The notes: generated by a model from the sequence alone, not told the origin. DNA of 64,000 bases from Candidatus Bathyarchaeota archaeon (GCA_963715865.1 OY970280.1:2016001-2080000); one strand, 5' to 3'. Positions 39,152 to 48,564 are shown, numbered from the stretch's first letter. Translations and numbers: made by a program.

Positions 39152-39217
39152 CACGGCGAACTGTTCCAAGTAATCCAATGTAACAGTTCCCGTGAGGTTT
39201 TTGGATTATTACTCACG
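39152..39217. other. Hairpin with possible H-type pseudoknot
   Basis: CACGGCGAACTGTT (39152-39165) pairs with AACAGTTCCCGTG (39182-39194) with one bulge; loop AGTAATCCAA is complementary to TTGGATTATT (39201-39210). Confidence 0.5.
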
Positions 39218-39254
39218 TAACCTATCAGTTTTAGTCGCCTATTCGCCTTTCCAC

Positions 39255-39542
39255 TTATTTTTTCTTGTCGCTTGGATTCAGTACATACAGCTTCTTAACA
39301 CCGTTTGGCTCTACTGCTGTCCTTAAAACAATGTGTTTGAATTCTCCTCTTCTTTGCAATCGTCTTATTCCACCTCTGGCGGAGTCCAAATTGACATCTT
39401 CAGATGAGAAAACTACGGCAGTGCCCTTTTTTATGCTATTTAGAATGTCTCTATAAGGCGTATGTCTTGTTATTGCTTCTGGGACAACCTCCTCTGATAC
39501 TACAGTTAGGTTGGTTATGTCAAGTGCTGATTTCTTTGTCAT
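39255..39542 (-). CDS. Small basic putative DNA-binding protein
   Basis: 95 aa, alpha/beta; TATAAATA box at 39575-39582 on the minus strand. Confidence 0.65.
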   Translation of the reverse strand: MTKKSALDITNLTVVSEEVVPEAITRHTPYRDILNSIKKGTAVVFSSEDVNLDSARGGIRRLQRRGEFKHIVLRTAVEPNGVKKLYVLNPSDKKK

Positions 39543-39643
39543 TTATAATCGCCTTCGTATATGGTCTGCACTGTTATTTATAGTTAGTGCCTGTTGTGGT
39601 GTCTGGTTAGCAAATGCATTACTGCATTATTACAGTACAATTA

Positions 39644-39921
39644 CCGCAATTTTAACGCATTTTTAACGCAAAAGTGACGCAAAATTACGTTAACGCACAA
39701 CAACGCACGGATACGCATGTTATACGTATAATATACGCATAATATACGTACGAATTACGCATGGATTACTAAATGCACACATGCACGCGCGCACACACAG
39801 ACAACGCACAGATAATACACAACGCACGCTTAAACGCACGCTACAACGCACGGTCAAACGCACGTTACAGCATAACGGTCAAGCATAATGGTTGACCGAA
39901 CGCCAAAACTCACAAAACGCA
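39644..39921 (+). repeat. Helically phased ACGCA motif array (14 exact copies plus variants; 10-12-bp periods)
   Basis: ACGCA at 39655, 39666, 39677, 39693, 39703, 39713, 39735, 39757, 39804, 39822, 39834, 39846, 39858 and 39917; AACGCACGNNNN x4 at 39821-39868. Confidence 0.92.
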
Positions 39922-40012
39922 ACTAACGCGTCTTCAACGCTTCCAAAAGGCGAGTTCAATCGGCAAGACAGGAAAATTAAAACAAAATATCGAATCGCAA
40001 ATTTTTATCGAC

Positions 40013-40029
40013 AAAACATTAATCTTTAA
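40013..40029 (+). repeat. 17-bp direct repeat, right copy; overlaps the likely purB promoter
   Basis: Identical to 38089-38105; about 32 bp upstream of the TTG at 40062. Confidence 0.9.
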
Positions 40030-40061
40030 TCTGTATATCCCTATCTTTGAGGAAACACCAC

Positions 40062-41396
40062 TTGCCAATCTTACCCATCGATACTGGTCGTTATGGAACG
40101 CCAGAAATGCTCAAAATATTCGAAGAAGAAAACCGTGTTCAAAAACTGCTTGATGTTGAAGCTGCCTTAGCTTTGGCACACGCTGAAGTAGGCAATATTC
40201 CAAAGAAAGATGCTGAAAAAATCGCTGCGATGGCTTCCACCAAGTACGTTAGAGTTGAACGCGTGAAAGCGATTGAAAAAGAAATCAAGCATGATATTGC
40301 CTCGCTTGTTCGTGCGCTCTCTGAGGTTTGTGGTCCAAGCGGCGCCTATGTGCATTTGGGCGCAACAAGCTATGACATCGTAGACACTGCCAACGCGTTA
40401 CAGCTAAAGGATGCTTTAGGGCTTATCGAGGAAAAGCTAGCCGATTTGAAGGGAATATTGAAAAAGCAAGCGGCTCAGCATAAAGGAACGATAATGATTG
40501 GCAGAACCCACGGGCAACACGCCTTGCCGATTACTTTGGGCTTTAAGTTTGCGGTTTGGGGCTATGAAGTTAACAGGCACCTTGAACGGTTAAACGAATG
40601 CAAAAAACGCGTTTTAGTCGGAAAAGTAAGCGGCGCAGTGGGGACGCAAGCAGGCTTAGGCGAACATGCCGAAACGATTCAGGAGCTTGTAATGAAAAGG
40701 CTTGGTCTTCGTACGGCTGAGATTTCGACGCAGATTGTTCAGAGAGACCGTTACGCCGAGCTTGTATGTATTTACGCTATGGTTGCTTCCTCGCTGGAGA
40801 ATTTCGCAACCGAAATACGGGAACTGCAAAGGCCTGAAATTGGCGAACTTTTTGAAGCGTTTGAGGCTAAGAAGCAGGTCGGCAGTTCCACGATGCCTCA
40901 CAAGCAGAATCCTGAAACATGCGAGAGAGTCTGCGGTTTAGCCCGAATCGTCCGAAGCCTCAGCACTCCGGCATTGGAAGACATGATTACGTGGCACGAA
41001 AGAGATTTAACTCAATCCTCGGCGGAACGGTTTATTCTGCCAGAATCTTGCATTCTGCTTGATTACATGCTTAATTTGATATGTAATATTGTGGCTAATT
41101 TGCGAGTTGATGGCCAGCGGATGCTACAGAACGTGTCGTTGACGCAGGGACGCGCCATGTCTGAAGCCGTAATGATGGCGTTGACAAAGAAAGGCGTGAA
41201 CAGGCAAGAAGCACACGAGTTACTAAGGAAACTAACAATCCAAAGTGCACAGGAAAAACGGGACTTCAAGCAAGTTCTCCTCCAAGACAAATTCGTAAGC
41301 AGCAAACTAACAGAGAAAGAAATAGACCAAGCACTAAACCCGAAAAATTATTTGGGCACAGCAATTAAACAAGCGGAAAAATTTGCCAAAAGCTAA
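40062..41396 (+). CDS. purB: Adenylosuccinate lyase
   Basis: HLGATSYDI, GRTHGQHA and GSSTMPHKQNP motifs; GAGG RBS before the TTG at 40062. Confidence 0.96.
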   Translation: MPILPIDTGRYGTPEMLKIFEEENRVQKLLDVEAALALAHAEVGNIPKKDAEKIAAMASTKYVRVERVKAIEKEIKHDIASLVRALSEVCGPSGAYVHLGATSYDIVDTANALQLKDALGLIEEKLADLKGILKKQAAQHKGTIMIGRTHGQHALPITLGFKFAVWGYEVNRHLERLNECKKRVLVGKVSGAVGTQAGLGEHAETIQELVMKRLGLRTAEISTQIVQRDRYAELVCIYAMVASSLENFATEIRELQRPEIGELFEAFEAKKQVGSSTMPHKQNPETCERVCGLARIVRSLSTPALEDMITWHERDLTQSSAERFILPESCILLDYMLNLICNIVANLRVDGQRMLQNVSLTQGRAMSEAVMMALTKKGVNRQEAHELLRKLTIQSAQEKRDFKQVLLQDKFVSSKLTEKEIDQALNPKNYLGTAIKQAEKFAKS

Positions 41397-41398
41397 AA

Positions 41399-43663
41399 CT
41401 AAAAATCTGAAAGCGCCTTTTGGCTAAATTCTTGCTCTCTATCAAGTTTTTCCCAAGTGTCCTTTTTAACGAAACCGCCGACTTGCTCCTTAATTTTCTT
41501 AGCCAACCGTGGCCCCACAAGCGGCAAATTCGTTAAATCCTCAACCGCCGCATGCTTTATGTCCTCAATTGTCTTGTATCCTGCATTGTACATTATGCGT
41601 CCGCGGACTCTGCCTACGCCTTCCAGCTTAACAATAGGCAATAGCTCCTTCTTTATGCCTTTAGAAACCCTCTCCACCAACTCGTTAGTTAGCGGTAAAA
41701 CTTCTTTTTCTCCGAAAAGTGCAGCTAACTCGTCGGTAGCGTGAAGCAGCCACTTCGCATTCTCAATGGTTCTGTATAAGTCGCCAGGTTGCACTCCGAA
41801 CTGTTCAATCAGTTTTTCTTCGCTGATTTCCTCAATCCAATTCTTCATTACCACAGCAGTTTTGATTTCACCAAGGAACTCTTCATACGAGAAATGGTCA
41901 GCCCACTCGTTTGGAACATCAGTGAACAATTCATCTTTGTGCTCTTCAAGTTGAACCGCCAGAGCATCAAACTCTCTTGCGTACGGCCTCATTACTGGAC
42001 CCATGTCAGGCGTGTGAGAAATCAAATGAAGCAAACCAAAATCTGTTAGGTAAGCGGGCTTGTTTCTTAAGGCGTCGCGGATTACAACTGCTGAGAGCGG
42101 GTCAATGTAGAGTTCACTTACACGCTTCCCAAACCGAGTGGCGAAAATATTTTCTCCGCTTAAATCAATCATTTGCTCTTCATAGAGGTACTTTAGGATT
42201 TTAGCGATAATGCCCTTTATCGCTTTCACATCGTATTGGTAAGCGTAGAAGGTTTTGCCGAAGAACTCGTAAATCCCATTTTCCGTGTGAGCGAAATCTG
42301 AGGCAACTGTTGCCAAAACGTGGCCTCGAATTATTTTTTCAACCGCCAGCCTAGACCAAATCCGTTCAGGTTTAGATAGAACGTAGCTTTCCATTAAGTA
42401 ATCTGCTTCATCCGAGGTCTTAGCAATAAGGATTGATTCGCCTACCTTGTCATATTTCGGTCTGCCAGCCCTGCCCGCCATCTGCTTATACTCTAACACG
42501 CTGATTGGATAGTTTCCGTAGCCTGGCTCAAAACGCCTGTAATCCTGAATGATAACCGTTCGCGCTGGAAGGTTAACGCCGAACGCTAACGTGGGCGTGG
42601 CGGTTAACACTTTGATTTTTCCCTCCTTAAACGAATCCTCAATCAGCTTACGATGCGCGCCAGCTAATCCTGCATGGTGAAAAGCGGTGCCGCACCGCAC
42701 AAGCCCGGCAAGGATTTCGCTAATTTGGGTTCGTTCGCCCGCTGACAGGATTTTTTCGGCTTCATGCTCCAGCGTTCGCTTCATAGGCTTAGATAAAACT
42801 TCGCCTGTGTGTTGGGCAATGGTTTTTGCGGCTGAAACCGAGTTTTTTCTTGTTGAAGCGAAAACTAAAGCTTGACCGCCATTCTTCAGCGTGTTCAAGA
42901 CAAGGTTTATGGTTGGGTACCGTGTTTTCTTTTCAATTTTTCTTGCGTCTCCATCCTTGTACTGGATTTCCTCGTTTAAAATCACGCCTTCTTTAAGCGG
43001 GACTGGGCGCCACTCAGTAACAATGTAGCTTGCTTTTAGCCATGAGGCGATTTCGTCAACGTTGCTTATGGTGGCGCTTAACGCTAAAACTTGAATGTCA
43101 GGATTAACCTGCAGAAGCCTAGCCAAAACCACTTCGAGTGTTGGTCCGCGTTCCGCCTCGTTTAAAAGATGAATCTCATCCGCCACAACAAGCGAGATAT
43201 CGTCCATCCATTTGGCTCTGTGCCGCAGAAGCGAATCTGCCTTCTCATTCGTGGTAACTATAATGTCATAGCGTTCAAGCCAAGTGTCAGCAGTGTCAAA
43301 ATCGCCAGTGCTAATGCCAACACTGACTTTTCTGCCGTCAGGCTTCCTGATGGACGAGTATTTTCTGAATTCTTCAAACTTTTCGCTTGCCAACGCTCGA
43401 AGCGGTGAGAGGTAAATTACTTTGCCATTCTTCTCCAGCACATGCTTGAGACCGCAGAGTTCAGCAATCAACGTTTTCCCTGACGCCGTGGGGCTGGCTA
43501 GAACGATGTTTTTGCCTTCAAGCACTCCTGCCCGTATGGCTTCTTCTTGAGGCGGAAACAACTCCGTCATCCCCAAGTTAAGCAGTATCTCCTTGACTTG
43601 TTCTGGAACGGGCAACTCTGCAATTTTCAACTTAAACTCGCCATCAACTGTTATTTTTATCAC
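41399..43663 (-). CDS. hel308: Ski2-like DNA helicase Hel308
   Basis: PTASGKT, DEIH, ATPTLAFGVNLPA and QMAGRAGRP motifs; HhH C-terminus. Confidence 0.95.
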   Translation of the reverse strand: MIKITVDGEFKLKIAELPVPEQVKEILLNLGMTELFPPQEEAIRAGVLEGKNIVLASPTASGKTLIAELCGLKHVLEKNGKVIYLSPLRALASEKFEEFRKYSSIRKPDGRKVSVGISTGDFDTADTWLERYDIIVTTNEKADSLLRHRAKWMDDISLVVADEIHLLNEAERGPTLEVVLARLLQVNPDIQVLALSATISNVDEIASWLKASYIVTEWRPVPLKEGVILNEEIQYKDGDARKIEKKTRYPTINLVLNTLKNGGQALVFASTRKNSVSAAKTIAQHTGEVLSKPMKRTLEHEAEKILSAGERTQISEILAGLVRCGTAFHHAGLAGAHRKLIEDSFKEGKIKVLTATPTLAFGVNLPARTVIIQDYRRFEPGYGNYPISVLEYKQMAGRAGRPKYDKVGESILIAKTSDEADYLMESYVLSKPERIWSRLAVEKIIRGHVLATVASDFAHTENGIYEFFGKTFYAYQYDVKAIKGIIAKILKYLYEEQMIDLSGENIFATRFGKRVSELYIDPLSAVVIRDALRNKPAYLTDFGLLHLISHTPDMGPVMRPYAREFDALAVQLEEHKDELFTDVPNEWADHFSYEEFLGEIKTAVVMKNWIEEISEEKLIEQFGVQPGDLYRTIENAKWLLHATDELAALFGEKEVLPLTNELVERVSKGIKKELLPIVKLEGVGRVRGRIMYNAGYKTIEDIKHAAVEDLTNLPLVGPRLAKKIKEQVGGFVKKDTWEKLDREQEFSQKALSDF

Positions 43664-43790
43664 ATATAAAACGAGCTAATTAATAGTGTTAGCCATAGCG
43701 AAAGCGATTTTTTCAGCTACATTTTTCTATTTGAACTAGTTATTACAAGGTAACGAGTTATCTATCCCAAAATAACAGGTAGGATACTGT

Positions 43791-45014
43791 ATGGTTGAAA
43801 ACGTGAAAGAACTACTCAAACTGCACGAAGGCATAAAACACGAAGTTTACTTAGACAACGAGAACTCAAGCATAGTCCCCAAGGAAGTAGTGGACGCTAT
43901 GCTGCCCTACTTTGACCAGAAAGCCTACGGCAACCCGACGCTTACGCATAAGCCCGGGTGGGAAGCCTTCGAAGTAATAATGAACAGTTTCCAGAAAATC
44001 AGCAAGTTCATGGGCGCAAAAATCCTGGAAGAAATCACCTTCACCCCAAGCGAAACAGAAGCAAACAACCTAGCCATCATGGGCTCAGCGTTCGCCATGA
44101 AAAACAAAGGCAAAAAAATCATCATCTCCGAAATTGAACCAATCAACGTGCTGCAGGTTGCTGAGATGATGCAAAAGTTCGGTTTCACAACCACAAAAAT
44201 CCCAGTTGACCACGAAGGTTTCATCAACCTTGAAAAACTCAAAGAGGCAGTTGACAATGAAACAATACTTGTCAGCGTTTCAGCTGTGAACAACGAGATT
44301 GGTACAGTGCAGCCGATTAAGGAAGCGGTTGATATTGTTAAAGCCAAAAACCCGCAAGCGCTCTTCCACACAGACGCTTCAGATGCTTACGGCAGAATTC
44401 CCTTTAACGTGCAAAACCTAAACGTAGATTTAGCCACAATAAGCAGCTACAAGATTCAGGGTCCACGCGGAATGGGCGCAATGTACCTGCGCGAAGGCAT
44501 AAACTTTGAACGCATCCTTGAGGGGCAAATTGGGACACAGAAGCTTTGGCCAGGAGTCGAAAACACACCCTTAATCGTTGGTTTCACCAAGGCTTCCGAG
44601 CTTGCGTTCCAAAATTTCGACGCAAACACCGCTAAGATGCGAACGTTGCGCGATAAGCTTGTTGACGGCATATTCGCTGAACTCACCGACCTGCGCTTTA
44701 ACGGTCCAAAGGGTGATAAGCGGTCACCAGACAACGCCAACGTCAGCATTTTACGAGCTGAAGGTGAAGCGTTAACCATTGAGTTAAGCCTCAAAGGCGT
44801 TTACGTTTCCAGCGGCAGCGCATGCAGCCGAAGACTGCTTCAGCCTAGCCACGTTCTTGTTGCCATTGGTCGCAGGTTCAGTGAAGCACATGGCAGTATA
44901 CTCATGAAAACCACTCGGTACCTTACAGAAGAGGATATAGCTTACGTTTTGGAAGTGTTACCAACGGCTGTGAACCGTATAAGAGGGATAGTTGGCTCTA
45001 CAGGAGTTGATTAA
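43791..45014 (+). CDS. iscS: Group I (IscS/NifS-type) cysteine desulfurase
   Basis: YLDN, NNEIGTVQPI, HTDA, SSYKIQGP and SSGSAC motifs. Confidence 0.9.
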   Translation: MVENVKELLKLHEGIKHEVYLDNENSSIVPKEVVDAMLPYFDQKAYGNPTLTHKPGWEAFEVIMNSFQKISKFMGAKILEEITFTPSETEANNLAIMGSAFAMKNKGKKIIISEIEPINVLQVAEMMQKFGFTTTKIPVDHEGFINLEKLKEAVDNETILVSVSAVNNEIGTVQPIKEAVDIVKAKNPQALFHTDASDAYGRIPFNVQNLNVDLATISSYKIQGPRGMGAMYLREGINFERILEGQIGTQKLWPGVENTPLIVGFTKASELAFQNFDANTAKMRTLRDKLVDGIFAELTDLRFNGPKGDKRSPDNANVSILRAEGEALTIELSLKGVYVSSGSACSRRLLQPSHVLVAIGRRFSEAHGSILMKTTRYLTEEDIAYVLEVLPTAVNRIRGIVGSTGVD

Positions 45015-45017
45015 AAA

Positions 45018-45524
45018 GTGTCGCGTATACCGTTACCTTACAACCCAAAAGTTATGGATTTATTCAGGAACCCTAAGAATCTTGGAAAAATGGAAGATGC
45101 AACAGTAGTAGCTGTGGCGGGAAACCCTGCTTGCGGAGATATGATTACTTTCTATTTGAAAATTAATGATAAGGAAGTTATTGAGAGGGCAAGTTTCGAA
45201 AGCTATGGCTGCGCCGCAAACATTGCCACTTCAAGTATAGTTACTGAAATGGTTAAAGGTCTAAGCCTTGAAGCTTCATGGAAAGAAATTACTTGGAAGA
45301 GAGTAACTGAGGAAATCGGCGGATTACCAAGCGTCAAATTCCACTGCGGAGTACTCGCTGTAGGCGCCTTAAAACGTGCAATCAGAAAGTATTATCAAGA
45401 AAAAGGCGGCGCCGTTCCCAGTTGGTTGCCAAACGAACATACTTTCGAAGAGAAACAGGCGTTGGAAGAAGAAGAGTTGGCAAAGATGCTGTCCAAGAGG
45501 CTAAAGATAGAGGAAGAAAAATAA
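45018..45524 (+). CDS. iscU: IscU/NifU-like Fe-S scaffold
   Basis: NPKNLG, GNPACGD, YGCAA and KFHC motifs. Confidence 0.92.
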   Translation: MSRIPLPYNPKVMDLFRNPKNLGKMEDATVVAVAGNPACGDMITFYLKINDKEVIERASFESYGCAANIATSSIVTEMVKGLSLEASWKEITWKRVTEEIGGLPSVKFHCGVLAVGALKRAIRKYYQEKGGAVPSWLPNEHTFEEKQALEEEELAKMLSKRLKIEEEK

Positions 45525-45526
45525 TC

Positions 45527-46759
45527 GTGGATATTGAAGCGATTCGCCAAGATTTTCCAATACTAAAACGAAAAATAAACAACAGCCCCCTAATTTATTT
45601 TGATAATGCTGCAACTACCCAGAAGCCCCGCCAAGTAATAAACGCCATAAGCGACTTTTATGAAAACCACAATGCCAACGTGCACAGAGCAGTCCATACC
45701 CTGTCTTTAGAAGCAACAGATTTTTATGAGAAGTCGCGGGAAAAAATCGCAAAATTCATCAACGCAAAAGACTGGCCGGAAATTGTTTTTGTTAGGGGTA
45801 CAACGGAAGCCATCAATTTAGTTGCGTATTCTTGGGGGCTAAGCAACCTAGGGAAGGGTGACGAGGTTTTAGTTTCCTTAATGGAGCACCATAGTAATAT
45901 TGTTCCATGGGAAATCACATCTAAACTAAAGGGTTTCACAATAAAATACGCTAAAGTAAATGCTGATGCCACGTTAGATTATGACGATTTTGAAAGCAAA
46001 TTTTCCAGTAAGACAAAGATTGCCTGTTTAAGCCATGTTTCAAACGTTACAGGCGTAATTAACGATGTCAAACGAATTGCTAAGGTTGCACATGATAATG
46101 GCGCTTTAATGCTGGTTGATGGCGCGCAGTCTGTGCCGCATTTGGCTGTTGATGTTCAGGATTTAGATATGGATTTTCTGGCTTTTTCAGGACACAAAAT
46201 GTTAGGACCAACAGGCATCGGAGTGCTTTACGGCAAAAAAGAACTGCTTGAAAAGATGCAACCATTCCAAGGTGGGGGAGAAATGATAAAGGAAGTAGCT
46301 TTTAGCCAAGGCAAAGGCTGTAGCATAATATGGAATGACCCGCCATGGAAATTTGAAGCAGGCACACCTAACATTTGCGGCGCGGTTGGTTTAGCAGAAG
46401 CCGTGAAGTATCTTGAAGCTGTAGGTATGGATGAGGTGCTAAACCACGAGAAAGCGTTAACTAAGTATGCAGTTGAACGCATGAAAGAATGCAGCAAAGT
46501 TACAATTTATGGTTCCAACGACCTTTCTAAGAAATGCGGCATAATACCCTTCACCGTTAAGGGATTATCATCGCATGATGTTGCTCTCATCTGTGACAAT
46601 TACGGCATAATGATACGAAGCGGTTTCCATTGTGCACAACCGTTACATCAACAAGTTCTCAAGCTTCCATCCTCTGACCGGGCAAGCTTTTACATTTACA
46701 ACACAAAAGAGGAAATTGACCGTTTCATTGAAGTTTTAAAGGAGATTGAACAGCTCTAA
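45527..46759 (+). CDS. sufS: Group II (SufS-type) cysteine desulfurase
   Basis: YFDNAATTQKP, EHHSN, FSGHKMLGPTG and RSGFHCAQP motifs; GTG start inferred. Confidence 0.93.
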   Translation: MDIEAIRQDFPILKRKINNSPLIYFDNAATTQKPRQVINAISDFYENHNANVHRAVHTLSLEATDFYEKSREKIAKFINAKDWPEIVFVRGTTEAINLVAYSWGLSNLGKGDEVLVSLMEHHSNIVPWEITSKLKGFTIKYAKVNADATLDYDDFESKFSSKTKIACLSHVSNVTGVINDVKRIAKVAHDNGALMLVDGAQSVPHLAVDVQDLDMDFLAFSGHKMLGPTGIGVLYGKKELLEKMQPFQGGGEMIKEVAFSQGKGCSIIWNDPPWKFEAGTPNICGAVGLAEAVKYLEAVGMDEVLNHEKALTKYAVERMKECSKVTIYGSNDLSKKCGIIPFTVKGLSSHDVALICDNYGIMIRSGFHCAQPLHQQVLKLPSSDRASFYIYNTKEEIDRFIEVLKEIEQL

Positions 46760-47028
46760 TGGTTTCTGTTGAAGATTACGTGGCGCGAATTGAAGGAACA
46801 TGCGGTGAAGAAAAAGACGTTATAGTAGTTTTCAAATACGACAAGAAGGATGAAGCCATCGCCAACATTTTAAAGAAAGCCAAATTGAAAAACACCATAG
46901 CTGGGATAATTTTTGAATTAACGTTCCAAGACATATCTTTTCGTCTTTACACGAGTGGAAAAGCTATCTTTCGAAGCATAAAAAACAAGGAAGAACTGAA
47001 CAAACTTTTAGCTAGCCTTCTGCTTTAA
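46759..47028 (+). CDS. Hypothetical protein resembling a ThiF/MoeB C-terminal-like module
   Basis: 89 aa; overlaps the sufS stop; FRLYTSGKAIF beta pattern. Confidence 0.6.
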   Translation: MVSVEDYVARIEGTCGEEKDVIVVFKYDKKDEAIANILKKAKLKNTIAGIIFELTFQDISFRLYTSGKAIFRSIKNKEELNKLLASLLL

Positions 47029-47061
47029 TGCGTTCAAAAAAAGTCTTTGTTTTTTTAGCTG

Positions 47062-48564
47062 TCACTTGGATAAACGAAGTTTCAATCGCATCTTATTTCT
47101 ACTCGCCCAATTCAAAATAGGAATAAGCGGATACTTCACAGACTGCGGCAACGCATCTTTAAATTCCCTGTGCAATCCCAATCTTATGGCTAGCCTTCCT
47201 TTCCGCGTTATAGGTACGTAGTAACGTGTTATCGGGAATCTAACAAAGCCATTGCTTCCTTTGAACCTATCAAGTGATGGGTGGTTTCCTATTCTTCCGT
47301 ACATAAGCCAACGCGTGCCGTTGGATGCGCAGACTTCAACAGCTTTGGCAAGAAGCGCGTTGCTAACAGCTTTATCCCAGTGCTTCTGCATCGAAAGTAT
47401 CTGGGAAATGACAGCTATGTTGTCGCCGTAAATTATTTGGATGAATCCTACAAGCTCGTCTTGCAAAAAAGCGCCGATGAACGTGGAGTTTTGGGCTGCA
47501 AACATGTTACCAGTCACTGTTTCAAGCGACTCACCATAGTGTGGAAAAGCTCGCTCCTGCCGTATTGGGGTTTCATTGTAAATCTTCCAAATACCTTCAG
47601 CAAATTTCTCGCTTGGCTGGACGACAGTTACTTTTATGCCGCTTTTCTCCGCCCGCCGAACCATGTTGCGTGTCTTCTTTCCAGCGGCGTTCCACCAACT
47701 GGCATAGTCTTTTATTTCAAGCAACCCAATATTATCGTCCGCTTTTATCCAAGTGCTTGGCGGATTAGGGATTGAGCAACACCATTTTCTATCAAGAAAA
47801 GTGAAAATATCTATGCCTCTTTCGCCTAGTTTCTCAATGAACGCATCTGTGGGAATAATATTTCCTTCGTACTCTTTGATGTCATGGGCTATTTTGACGA
47901 AAGCTTTCTTTCTTATCCTTAAAGTTTCAAGCTCCTTGTCCACTTCTAAAATACCTTTTAACACATCGTAAAATGGTCCTCTACGGTTTTTTTCTCCCTT
48001 CTTAAAGAGCCAATCAGGATGAATAGATAACACATGATTTAGATTAATCCATTCTTCAGCTTCTTTTTTAGCGCCATCTAAACCAAGCTCATAACATACA
48101 GTGTCTAAACTATTGGTAGTAAAATCATGGAAGGATTTTAATGGGAAATCGCTTGGAACCTTAGCTTGCCTCTCCCCAAGTTTTCGTCTCCACAATAACT
48201 GGGCAAACAATCGTGAGGTTCCATGAATGGTATAGTAATTTACTTTCCGTTTGGTTTCATTCTCCAAGATTTTCCATTCGCGATAGGGGTTGTTTGCAAC
48301 GTGCAGAGCTACCTCATGCCGCTGGGGGTTTAGCAAATCGAGCAGTTTTTTGTCTGGAATTGTGTATGGTGTAAAGAACCAGTGAGCCATAACTTGTTTT
48401 GGCGATTCGTTAATCATCTTAGCAATGACTCGAGCATTTTTCAGGTAATCCTTGCTTTTTCTCTTGTTGATTCCCAAAGCTATGTACAGAAAGCTTTTAG
48501 CCCTCGATGGGTAAGGGTAATCCACATCCAATCTTAGCTTTATCATTACTTCTTCATTTGCCAA
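47062..48564 (-). CDS. Fusion of a deacetylase-like domain and a FemAB/GNAT-like acyltransferase
   Basis: N-terminus LRLDVD, HEVALH, TIHG; C-terminus KKTRNMVRRAEKSG...SLDRFK...GF. Confidence 0.65.
   Translation of the reverse strand: MANEEVMIKLRLDVDYPYPSRAKSFLYIALGINKRKSKDYLKNARVIAKMINESPKQVMAHWFFTPYTIPDKKLLDLLNPQRHEVALHVANNPYREWKILENETKRKVNYYTIHGTSRLFAQLLWRRKLGERQAKVPSDFPLKSFHDFTTNSLDTVCYELGLDGAKKEAEEWINLNHVLSIHPDWLFKKGEKNRRGPFYDVLKGILEVDKELETLRIRKKAFVKIAHDIKEYEGNIIPTDAFIEKLGERGIDIFTFLDRKWCCSIPNPPSTWIKADDNIGLLEIKDYASWWNAAGKKTRNMVRRAEKSGIKVTVVQPSEKFAEGIWKIYNETPIRQERAFPHYGESLETVTGNMFAAQNSTFIGAFLQDELVGFIQIIYGDNIAVISQILSMQKHWDKAVSNALLAKAVEVCASNGTRWLMYGRIGNHPSLDRFKGSNGFVRFPITRYYVPITRKGRLAIRLGLHREFKDALPQSVKYPLIPILNWASRNKMRLKLRLSK

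Larger units (their letters stand above)
38089..40029. mobile_element. Direct-repeat-bounded ~1.9-kb insert with no recombinase gene
   Basis: Perfect 17-bp direct repeats; separates divergent asnB and purB; contains only hypothetical genes and a repeat array. Confidence 0.6.

Noticed and set aside
39644-39921. CRISPR array or coding repeat as the explanation for the ACGCA array
   Set aside because: Unit length of 10-12 bp with a 5-bp core, no spacers of CRISPR size, no cas genes, and periods of 10 and 11 break frame.
38089-40029. Chromosomal replication origin or casposon
   Set aside because: No ORB-like boxes or cdc6/orc1 nearby; no terminal inverted repeats, cas1 or polB inside the direct repeats.
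45422-45526. N-terminal extension of sufS given by the ORF track
   Set aside because: Overlaps iscU by about 100 bp; homology-like sequence begins at the GTG at 45527.
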